A stretch of 64,000 nt of DNA. Source: a virus. Its lineage: Duplodnaviria > Caudoviricetes. The DNA lies in IMG/VR virus record IMGVR_UViG_3300025413_001239; one strand, given 5' to 3'. The notes under the pieces were generated by a model. The model saw only the letters and a program-made list of their open reading frames with translations, ran no database searches and had not been told where the DNA came from. This document shows positions 19,543 through 27,722 of the stretch, piece by piece; position 1 is the stretch's first letter, and each line of letters begins with the position of its first letter. The position numbers and the translations under genes are program-made.

Positions 19543-21194
19543 TATTCAAGAATATTTTTATAGATTTCTATTATTTGATTAACAACATTAGTGTTGTTAA
19601 ATTTATCAATATCCGCTGGAATATCATGTAATTTTTTAGATAGAATATTACCTGAAGAATCAACCTCATAAATCCAACCTTTTTTACCACATAACCAACC
19701 TTCAATTGTAGTTCTACCCAACAAAATACCAGCGGTTTCATCACATTCATGAATGTATTTCTCAATTGAGAATGAAGGTTCGAAATACTTTACATGTTCT
19801 TGCCCGTCAATCATTGAGTTTAAATACACGTCATTCTTTTTACCAACAATCCATAATTCTTCATTATTCTCTTTAGTAGTATTAATTAAATCTTGGATTG
19901 TATTTTTACGCAAATAATCTATGGTTCCAACGAACAATACTCGTTTTTTATCACGCTTTTTAGTACTTTGAACAGGCTTAAATCTTGACACATCAAATGG
20001 GTTATAAATAACACTTATATCACTATCAGTAACATTAAAATTTTTAACAATATAGTCTTTAATCTCAGGTCTAATTGCAATGTATTTTTTAATTTGTTCT
20101 GAAATTACGGGTTCTTCTAAACTAATAACTTCAGAATGAATTCCACATATTACTGGTGTATCTGGGTATAATCGCAAAAGGTGTTCAACAACTGGTTTAT
20201 GACTTAAGTGAATAACATCAAATTTAGTTTCGGATAATTTATAGAGAGTATTTGGTTGTGAAAGAATCGAACCTTGTGGACTATTTAAAGTCCATTTTCC
20301 ATCACCAAGTTTAAAACCTGGTGGTTCTTTTAAATCGTAGAGTTTAACACCATATTTTTTAACCATACTAGCAAGAGGCTCACCAATATTTGAACAGATG
20401 GTAACATCACAATTTAATTTAGTAAGAGTTTTAGCTAGTTCAAAAGTATATAATTCAGAACCCGTAAAATGATTAAAATTAAGACATCCTAATAGGATAT
20501 TTAATCGCTCATTTTTTCTTAGTTGTCTTTTGATAGTAATAGGTAGTTTATCTTTAAACATTTCAGAAAATTGTATTCGATTCTTTTCCCATTCTTCATT
20601 AGTTATACCGATTGACCTATGATTAACTAATATTAGGGTTGTAACCCCAACTTTAACACCTTTCAAGTAATTTTCGAAACAAAAATTTACATCGTAAAAG
20701 TGAAACCCATTAACATCTTCATTGAATGTTGTTTTAATTCTTGTTTTATCGATAGCAAAAAATAAACCGTCAACGATAACAACTTCTTCTAAGACATTAT
20801 CTAACTTGTCACTATATTTTGAAACCCAAGATTTACCTTCATGTGTATGCATAACTTGACCATACATCTTTTTAGGTTTTTCCCACCATTTACCACTATC
20901 AGCTAAGTGTTTTGTACCAGCAACACCAATAATTCCAAACTCAGGATTTTCATTGAAAAGTTTAATTAACTTATTACCCCAGTTACCATTATCAAATTCA
21001 ATATCGTGATGAATAAAAACAACGATGTCATTTTTAGCCTCTTTTAAACCCCTATTATAAATTTCAGTTAATGAAAATTCACCTTTATTCTCATAACCTA
21101 AAAATTCTATTTTTTTATGTAAACCAGATGTTTTTATAACATGTTGTTTAAAATTATCTAACGAATGTTGTGATGAACACACTACAGTTACCAT
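19542..21194 (-). CDS. Two-domain glycosyltransferase (GT2-like N-terminal + GT4/GT-B C-terminal)
   Basis: VFIHHDIEF, VDGLF, FHFYD; then FTGSELYTFELAK, VIYNPFD, VLFVGTID. Confidence 0.82.
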   Translation of the reverse strand: MVTVVCSSQHSLDNFKQHVIKTSGLHKKIEFLGYENKGEFSLTEIYNRGLKEAKNDIVVFIHHDIEFDNGNWGNKLIKLFNENPEFGIIGVAGTKHLADSGKWWEKPKKMYGQVMHTHEGKSWVSKYSDKLDNVLEEVVIVDGLFFAIDKTRIKTTFNEDVNGFHFYDVNFCFENYLKGVKVGVTTLILVNHRSIGITNEEWEKNRIQFSEMFKDKLPITIKRQLRKNERLNILLGCLNFNHFTGSELYTFELAKTLTKLNCDVTICSNIGEPLASMVKKYGVKLYDLKEPPGFKLGDGKWTLNSPQGSILSQPNTLYKLSETKFDVIHLSHKPVVEHLLRLYPDTPVICGIHSEVISLEEPVISEQIKKYIAIRPEIKDYIVKNFNVTDSDISVIYNPFDVSRFKPVQSTKKRDKKRVLFVGTIDYLRKNTIQDLINTTKENNEELWIVGKKNDVYLNSMIDGQEHVKYFEPSFSIEKYIHECDETAGILLGRTTIEGWLCGKKGWIYEVDSSGNILSKKLHDIPADIDKFNNTNVVNQIIEIYKNILE

Positions 21195-21454
21195 ATTTTC
21201 TTTTTTTGTTTTAAATATTTAATTTTATTATATATTGAAGTTAAAGTTTTATTTAATATTAAAGCACATTTTTCACCACCTATCTTATCATAATTTTTAA
21301 CTAAAAATTCAATATCTTCTTCACGCCAAAATAGTTTTTCTTTATTTTTAATATAAGAAACAACATCCAAATATTTCTCATATTTTCTACTAAAACCTAT
21401 GTGTTCGGTGTGTTTAGGGTTTGATTCCCTTGTACAATATACTACTGTTATCAT
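21188..21454 (-). pseudogene. Probable 5' remnant of the downstream GT fused to a relic endonuclease-type HTH
   Basis: MITVVYCTRESNPKHTEHI parallels MVTVVCSSQHSLDNFKQHV; FWREEDIEFL...ALILNKTLTSIYNK resembles the HTH of the 977 HEG. Confidence 0.5.
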
Positions 21455-22110
21455 TTATTAAAACGTTTATATGAATTTTCACTTATATCTATAAAATTAG
21501 CTTGACCAATAAAATCCTTAAGGGTTAAGGCACCAGAATAACTCATGGCTGAACGAAGATAATCTTCAAAATTTTCAACCCATTTATCTAAACGGTATTC
21601 AACCTTTCTAAATCTAACAACACCTTCAGATGTCTTAAATTTTTTAGCACCCCATTTCTTTTGAACTTCCTTAGTTGACATACCTCTAAATTTCTTATAT
21701 ACTGGAATACCTATCTTATAAGCCATTTCAGCGATGTCAGTATCGACTTTTATCTTTTTCCAAAGATACATATCACCAGCCGATTCAAAGGCCTTATTCA
21801 GGATGCTACCTAGCATTACGTAGTCAGCACCTAATCCTAAAGCTTTGATGATATCACTATAATCCTTCATACCACCATCAGCAACGATTTTAGCAGGTTT
21901 TTTTAGCTTCAGTGACTCTTTATAACATTCGTCAATTAGAGAGGCCATAGGGTATCCTACACCTGTATTTTGAGTGGTTAGACAACCACAATTATGAACT
22001 ATTACATCATTAACACAATACGAATTATCGGTATCAATAGATAAATCATTTATATAACCATCAAAATTTATTTTACATATGGTATTTATTTCTTTAAATT
22101 TATATTTCAT
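21451..22110 (-). CDS. guaC: Split-intein C-part (40 aa, 21991-22110) + C-terminal half of IMPDH/GMP reductase
   Basis: MKYKFKEI...DLSIDTDNSYCVNDVIVHN then CGCLTT, IVADGG, GADYVMLGS, YKKFRGMS, SEG. Confidence 0.85.
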   Translation of the reverse strand: MKYKFKEINTICKINFDGYINDLSIDTDNSYCVNDVIVHNCGCLTTQNTGVGYPMASLIDECYKESLKLKKPAKIVADGGMKDYSDIIKALGLGADYVMLGSILNKAFESAGDMYLWKKIKVDTDIAEMAYKIGIPVYKKFRGMSTKEVQKKWGAKKFKTSEGVVRFRKVEYRLDKWVENFEDYLRSAMSYSGALTLKDFIGQANFIDISENSYKRFNK

Positions 22111-23189
22111 TATATAATATTTTTTAAAAATTCATCTTCAAAACCTTCTTTTATTATTTTAAAATCACAATTTAAATGTAATTTTATTTCATTTTCACGT
22201 ATTAAATCTCGCTCTATTTTTTTATTATGTTCATGTTCATAGTATTCATAAACAACATTATTTTTTTCATCATAACCATCAACCCAATAACCTAAATCTT
22301 TAATATAGAATTCACCACCATTCAAAGCATGTTGAATATTAACATTTTTAAGTTCAGATATTTTATCAAAAAGTCCACAAGCATAAATATTAAAATGAGG
22401 AACCATTTTATTACCATTTAATGTTAGTTTTTTAGATATATAATTAAGTTGACTTATTCTAAGATTTTTACGATGTTCATCAGTAACTAACCTATTTTTT
22501 AATGATTTAGAAATTTTTTCTTTTATTATATTACCGTTTTCACCTTGATAAAGACTATTTAATGAACTTTTAATATTCAAAATCCATTTATCATATAAAT
22601 TATTAGCCTCTTCAATACCGTATTTCTCAACCCAAATATCTAAAACAGATTTACCATACATGGAATTCTTTTCACCAGAAGACATTAATTTTTGTTTTTC
22701 AACCATCTTTTCAAATCTTTTTAAAGCGTCATCAATACCATATTTTTTAATCCAAATATCTAAAACAGATTTACCGTACATTGGGTTATTTTTACCACTA
22801 TACATACCAACTTTAGATTGTGATTGTTTATATTTACTTAAATCAGAATGTTTTTTACCATAAAAATGATTATTTTCACCTGAATTTATTTTAATTAATT
22901 TTAAAATCGTTTCTGGTTTATGTTTTTTATTATACATTCCATTATTTACACCGAATGAGCGACAAGAACGACATAAATATGGTTTATTCAAAGAAATTAA
23001 TTGTTGTAAATTTTTAAGCTTAGTTTCACAGTTACATTTTTCACATCCAATAACCATTAAACAATTTTTTGAAATAAATCTCATATTTCTATCTACACCA
23101 TTAATTGAAAATAAAAAACCAGATTTAGTCTTTTCATATTTTTTTATTATATTATTATCAATTTTTAATTTAAAATTAATCATTTTCAT
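22110..23189 (-). CDS. Vsr-like homing endonuclease with NUMOD3 repeats, between the two halves of the fractured gene
   Basis: NGMYNKKHK, NHFYGKKHS, twice MYGKSVLDIW..KYGI; C-terminal NGGEFYIKDLGYWVDGYD..NNVVYEY. Confidence 0.8.
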   Translation of the reverse strand: MKMINFKLKIDNNIIKKYEKTKSGFLFSINGVDRNMRFISKNCLMVIGCEKCNCETKLKNLQQLISLNKPYLCRSCRSFGVNNGMYNKKHKPETILKLIKINSGENNHFYGKKHSDLSKYKQSQSKVGMYSGKNNPMYGKSVLDIWIKKYGIDDALKRFEKMVEKQKLMSSGEKNSMYGKSVLDIWVEKYGIEEANNLYDKWILNIKSSLNSLYQGENGNIIKEKISKSLKNRLVTDEHRKNLRISQLNYISKKLTLNGNKMVPHFNIYACGLFDKISELKNVNIQHALNGGEFYIKDLGYWVDGYDEKNNVVYEYYEHEHNKKIERDLIRENEIKLHLNCDFKIIKEGFEDEFLKNII

Positions 23190-23970
23190 TAGTTTTATCA
23201 ATAAAGTTATTATGCTCTATTAATAAATATTCTGGATTTTCTAGAAGTTCCAATGCCGATACCCATTCACAAAAAATATCTATGTTTTCATCATTAATAA
23301 TGTCTAAATATTTTTTATTTAACACATAAAATTCATGGTCTGGTGTACAAGTGATATCATCATTAATCACAATTAATTTACCACTATACGGTATTTTTTT
23401 TGTTTCTAAAACATCCCGATACTCACCAGTATGTGTTAATACTTTTTCACCAATTGTTATATTCTCAATTGATTTTTTTGTTGTTATAGTTGTAACTAAA
23501 GTACCATCAATAAAACAGCCGTTACCAATACCAACCCTGATATAATCAGCACCAGCTTCTGAAAGTAGAGTATATGTTTTAGGGTTAGCAATATTACCAA
23601 CCATAAGAGACATATAAGGATACTTTAATTTAAGTTGTGTTGTAATATTAAGAATATTATCCATATGACCATTAGCAACATCTATTAGATACTTACCATA
23701 TGGTTCAATCGCATCATTATCAAATAATGTTTTAATGTCAGTATATGAATATGAATTAAAACCTAATTCACAATATTCATATCTTGGGGTGCAGATGTGT
23801 ATTTTATTATAGTAATAATTGATTAGATTATATTTATTAATAACGGTATCCATTGGAGCCGTAATTAACGGTAAAAAACCTTCATTATCTAATGGGTTTA
23901 TTGCCGTTCTAGAATTTACCTTAGTTATTTCTTTTGGGACTATTAATAAGTCGTTGAAGTCTAATTTCAT
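23176..23970 (-). CDS. guaC: N-terminal half of IMPDH/GMP reductase + split-intein N-part (113 aa, from 23517)
   Basis: LDFNDLLIVP, PLITAPMD, IDVANGH, MVGNIA, GADYIRVGIGNG then CFIDGTLV...CTPDHEFYV and a stop with no intein C-terminus. Confidence 0.87.
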   Translation of the reverse strand: MKLDFNDLLIVPKEITKVNSRTAINPLDNEGFLPLITAPMDTVINKYNLINYYYNKIHICTPRYEYCELGFNSYSYTDIKTLFDNDAIEPYGKYLIDVANGHMDNILNITTQLKLKYPYMSLMVGNIANPKTYTLLSEAGADYIRVGIGNGCFIDGTLVTTITTKKSIENITIGEKVLTHTGEYRDVLETKKIPYSGKLIVINDDITCTPDHEFYVLNKKYLDIINDENIDIFCEWVSALELLENPEYLLIEHNNFIDKTNEND

Positions 23971-23981
23971 AATTATTTTAT

Positions 23982-24218
23982 TTATAGATAAAATTGTTTG
24001 CTGCACATGATATTACCCTCATAATATGAGGTCCAAGGGCCAATTTGTTGGTTATTTAAACATAAACCAATTAAACATAAATCACCATTACCATGATAAA
24101 ATTTCCATAAACCATCTTGTGAGTTGTTTATATAATTACCTTCAGCTCTTAATTTATCAGAATTACTCCAATAATGTTGGAAAAACCCATGTTTTTTACC
24201 ATTAATAAATTTATTCAT
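23982..24218 (-). CDS. Small MORN-variant repeat protein (YwqK-like)
   Basis: GKKHGFFQHYW, EGNYINNSQDGLWKFYH repeats. Confidence 0.65.
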   Translation of the reverse strand: MNKFINGKKHGFFQHYWSNSDKLRAEGNYINNSQDGLWKFYHGNGDLCLIGLCLNNQQIGPWTSYYEGNIMCSKQFYL

Positions 24219-24237
24219 TTTTTAATTTATTCATTTT

Positions 24238-24807
24238 TTAATTTATTCCAGTTGAACCAAAACCATTAGAATTTCTTTCAGTTTTAGTTAAGATTTTATC
24301 AACTTGTAATAAATTAATCACCGATTTACTTATTACTTGTGTTAATACAGCTTGAGCTATTCTATCACCATTATTAATGGTAAAGGGTTCATCACCATGA
24401 TTTATTAAAATCACTTTAATTTCACCAGTATAATCTGCATCAATGGTTCCTGGACTATTTAATACAACAACACCATTCTTTGCTGCAAGTCCACTTCTTG
24501 ACCTAATAGTAATTTCAAAATTATCTGGAATTTGGAAAAATAAGCCCGTAGGGACGATAGTTCGTTGTCCAGCTGGTAATGTTATTACTTCCGTTAAAGA
24601 AGCCCTTAAATCGAACCCTGAGGCCCCAGCAGTAGCATATTCAGGATTAGGGTTTGTAGAAGTATTCACAAAATTAACACCGAGCTTAAAATTCTCAGTG
24701 TTAATATTTGTGTTACTAAATTCTTTATTGAAATCTTCTTGAGTATAATCAACATCAGGATTGATAATATCCATTACCCTTTCTTTCATTTTATCAATTA
24801 GACTCAT
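24238..24807 (-). CDS. dut: Trimeric dUTPase
   Basis: GASGFDLRA, RSRSGLA, GTIDADYTGEI, GDRIAQ, RNSNGFGSTG. Confidence 0.96.
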   Translation of the reverse strand: MSLIDKMKERVMDIINPDVDYTQEDFNKEFSNTNINTENFKLGVNFVNTSTNPNPEYATAGASGFDLRASLTEVITLPAGQRTIVPTGLFFQIPDNFEITIRSRSGLAAKNGVVVLNSPGTIDADYTGEIKVILINHGDEPFTINNGDRIAQAVLTQVISKSVINLLQVDKILTKTERNSNGFGSTGIN

Positions 24808-25054
24808 TTGTTAACATTTTTTCTTCAATTATTTCAAAACTATCTCTTCTAGCTGGTCTAGGAACGTCAACAGTGTTAATTTTTATAAAATATAAAGGTT
24901 CTGCTTCTGTCAATGTAAACGGGTCGATTAAACCAGACATTACCGATACAATTTCACCAATAGCATTATTCCACGGTGAAATTTTAATAATTGGTTCTTC
25001 AGTTAAAATTTTAACTTTATCACCAACTTTAGGAATTTTTTTCATTTTTTTCAT
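24794..25054 (-). CDS. Small hypothetical protein (KOW/SH3-like start)
   Basis: KVGDKVKIL...GEIVSV. Confidence 0.4.
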   Translation of the reverse strand: MKKMKKIPKVGDKVKILTEEPIIKISPWNNAIGEIVSVMSGLIDPFTLTEAEPLYFIKINTVDVPRPARRDSFEIIEEKMLTNESN

Positions 25055-25075
25055 TTTTTTTTTTTATTTTTTTTT

Positions 25076-26187
25076 TTAATTATTATACCAACTCCATTCA
25101 TACCCACCAGCAGATTTTCTTTCTTTATTGCATACTTTTGTTATATTTCCAATTTGAATTCCTAAATGTTTATAAATATAGTTATTGAATTCCACGTATT
25201 GATAATAATACCGTTTTTAGATTGAATAACTTTTTTACCTTTACTAGCTTTATATGTGGTATCTATTAGATTTTTTTTATTTTCAGTTGTTAATTTAACC
25301 TTTAAATTATATTTATCAAGTAATATATTCAATAATTTTTCATCATAATTTTCAAGATAAAACCAAAATTTATTAAGACAAACACTATTTTTAATTATTG
25401 ATTGACTTATAGCGGAAGTTGAAACACCATAAAATTTATTAGCCTCTGACAATGAGTGCCACTCTTTAGTAGTTTTTTTATTTATATCATATTCAATAAT
25501 TTTTTTATTATTTGTTTTACCATTTATGCTACGAATATTATAAGTTCTTTCATGATATTTAGAAATAAAATCTTGAAGATTGGATATGTTTTCAATATCA
25601 TCCGAGTATCGCCAAATAAAATTATTTAAAGAAAATCTTTTTAATCTACAAACATCAGTTATTGAACCATAACCGAATTCTTTTTTCACCAAATCAATAG
25701 ATTCCCATTCTTTAATAAACTCACCATTTAGTGAAAATTGTTTAACCTTTACTTTTTTAGTATCTAAAAAATCATCACTAAATTTATACCCAGATATACC
25801 ATCACCACCATTTGTTAAATTAGTTAAAGGACCTAAACCTAAATCATTTCTACCAATTAATCTAATTAATTCAACCTCTAAATTAAACGCATCATTTTCG
25901 AGCAAGTTTTTTTTAACTCTAATAATGATAGGTGATAAATTTTCAGATAGAATTTTTTTAATTTTATTGTTTTTATAACTAGATATAAAATTTAAATTAT
26001 ATTCGTTTAAATGACATTTATCTCTAAATCCAGAACCTTTACCAACATAAAAAGGTTCAAAATCAAATTCAAATTCACCATATTTATAATTTGATTTTTT
26101 TCTAGGGTCTAAGTAAACGTAAACATAAAATTTATTTTTCTTTTTGTTGTATTTCTTAGAATATTCAACTTGTTTTTTATTACTCAT
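25076..26187 (-). CDS. GIY-YIG-like homing endonuclease with NUMOD1 repeats; last repeat frameshifted
   Basis: YVYVYLDPRK...EPFYVGKG, GPLTNLTNGGDG; main frame stops at 25162, while YKHLGIQIGNITKVCNKERKSAGGYEW continues in the -1 frame to 25076. Confidence 0.75.
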
Positions 26188-26233
26188 AATTTGTATTTAA
26201 TAATAAATATAACAAAAAGAAAAATAAATTAAA

Positions 26234-26797
26234 CTATGACAAAAATAATTCTTTTTCTTCTTTGATAGCCATTATATTAGCAAATTTAAGTAATTCACCT
26301 AATACAGAATTATGATATTTTGATTGCTTATCAGAGTCATCTTTATCATGATTAATAATTGCCGCATATTCCACGTCAGTTAGAATAACACCATTTGAAA
26401 GTGCATAAAAAGCTGAACGTTCACCAACACGCATAGAAACTTCTTCATTTCTAAATTCGTACATCTTGCCTTGGTTTTTAATATGCCATTCAGATGTGCA
26501 AGGTGTATAAAGATGCGCTTTACCAATTTGGTACAAAAAACAAACCTTTATAATTTCTTCCTTAGGTAATCTAAGCTTCTCTGGTAACGCAGCATTAAAA
26601 GAAACAGCAAATTTTGTTGTTCTTAATAAATGGTCAATTAAACCACCCTCAAACGCATTGTTAAGGTCTTTGTTTGTTGACGCTGGTGCGGCCATGAAAT
26701 CTTGACCTAAAAAAGCTGTAAGACTTTCAGTCATGAAAGGTTCAGCTGTTTCAAAATACTTTTTAGTATTCTTAATAATTTTGTCTTTATCTAACAT
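26234..26797 (-). CDS. HD-domain-like protein (YhaM-like) with degenerate HD motif
   Basis: AFEGGLIDH, LYQIGK in place of LHDIGK, AAIINHD. Confidence 0.55.
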   Translation of the reverse strand: MLDKDKIIKNTKKYFETAEPFMTESLTAFLGQDFMAAPASTNKDLNNAFEGGLIDHLLRTTKFAVSFNAALPEKLRLPKEEIIKVCFLYQIGKAHLYTPCTSEWHIKNQGKMYEFRNEEVSMRVGERSAFYALSNGVILTDVEYAAIINHDKDDSDKQSKYHNSVLGELLKFANIMAIKEEKELFLS

Positions 26798-26812
26798 ATT
26801 TTTTAATTTACG

Positions 26813-26845
26813 CAAATATACAAAAAATATTTTAATAAAGCAAAT
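26813..26845 (-). promoter_or_regulatory. Bacteroidota-type sigma-A promoter
   Basis: TTTG (26845-26842), 21-nt spacer, TATATTTG (26820-26813), upstream of ATG 26797. Confidence 0.72.
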
Positions 26846-27051
26846 TAACGATTCATAATTTTTATTGCTGATACACCATTTTCATAATCACCTAAATCAT
26901 CCCATAACCCATTACTACTGTTAGGTATAAATTTACCATATTTTTTGTCAATAATATTTAATATCCCATTAAAGGTATCTTCAGTTATTAACTTCTCAAC
27001 ATTTTCTTTGGTTACAGGAATAGGTTCATTTTGATTTTCAATATTATCCAT
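26845..27051 (-). CDS. Hypothetical protein
   Basis: Short ORF whose start overlaps the upstream stop. Confidence 0.45.
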   Translation of the reverse strand: MDNIENQNEPIPVTKENVEKLITEDTFNGILNIIDKKYGKFIPNSSNGLWDDLGDYENGVSAIKIMNR

Positions 27052-27721
27052 GATTATCATCAATTGAATTAATTCTTTCTTCTTCACTTTTCATTCTACC
27101 AAAAAAACTTTCATGTGTTTCATTTTTATCAACCTTAATCATAACTTCTTTTGCTTTTTCTAATTTAGGTTTTAACCTATTAACATCAAGTGTTGATGGT
27201 TTTTTTATTTGTAAAGCATCTAATTTAACTTTTTGTCTTTTTAATGAATTATAAGCAAAATCGTTCTCTTGTTTTATTAAAATATTTAATTCTGGACCTT
27301 TAATATCCTCTAACGATTCATTATGAATATCAACAATTTCTGGCACATAAAATATTGGTGAAGAGTTACCGTCATAACCATGTAATGTTGCTTCAACGTG
27401 TGGTTTGCGCAACTCATCCATGTAGTTAAGTATTTCCTTAACCCTTTCAGTTTTTATATTCCATTCATTTTTTAATATTAATTCATCTGTATTGGGCTTA
27501 AAAATTTTTACTTGTTCAAAATAAGATGGTAAAGGCTTATTAATCATAACCTTTTTTATAGAATACTGTAAATTCGACTTACGAATTCTTGTAAGTCTTT
27601 CATATTCTTTCATAGTACCTCTTTTACTCTTGATACTAAGATAAACTATCAAGACTTTTAATTTTAAATCTTGAATAAATTCGTTAAATTGTCTTTTAAT
27701 TTTTTGAAATTTCTTTTTCAT
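27044..27721 (-). CDS. Hypothetical protein
   Basis: ORF starting 1 nt after the GT stop (TAA-A-ATG). Confidence 0.55.
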   Translation of the reverse strand: MKKKFQKIKRQFNEFIQDLKLKVLIVYLSIKSKRGTMKEYERLTRIRKSNLQYSIKKVMINKPLPSYFEQVKIFKPNTDELILKNEWNIKTERVKEILNYMDELRKPHVEATLHGYDGNSSPIFYVPEIVDIHNESLEDIKGPELNILIKQENDFAYNSLKRQKVKLDALQIKKPSTLDVNRLKPKLEKAKEVMIKVDKNETHESFFGRMKSEEERINSIDDNHG

Positions 27722-27722
27722 T

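Noticed and set aside
22110-23189. Group I intron interrupting a contiguous intein in guaC
   Set aside because: The HEG overlaps both flanking ORFs with no non-coding space, and the IntC has its own ATG.
24210-24248. 16-nt tandem duplication (GAATAAATTAAAAAAT) creating a 7-codon mini-ORF before the MORN gene
   Set aside because: Simple slippage in low-complexity AT sequence; no evidence of function.
25036-25080. Long T/A homopolymer tract
   Set aside because: Low-complexity intergenic leader with no stem; may include assembly noise.
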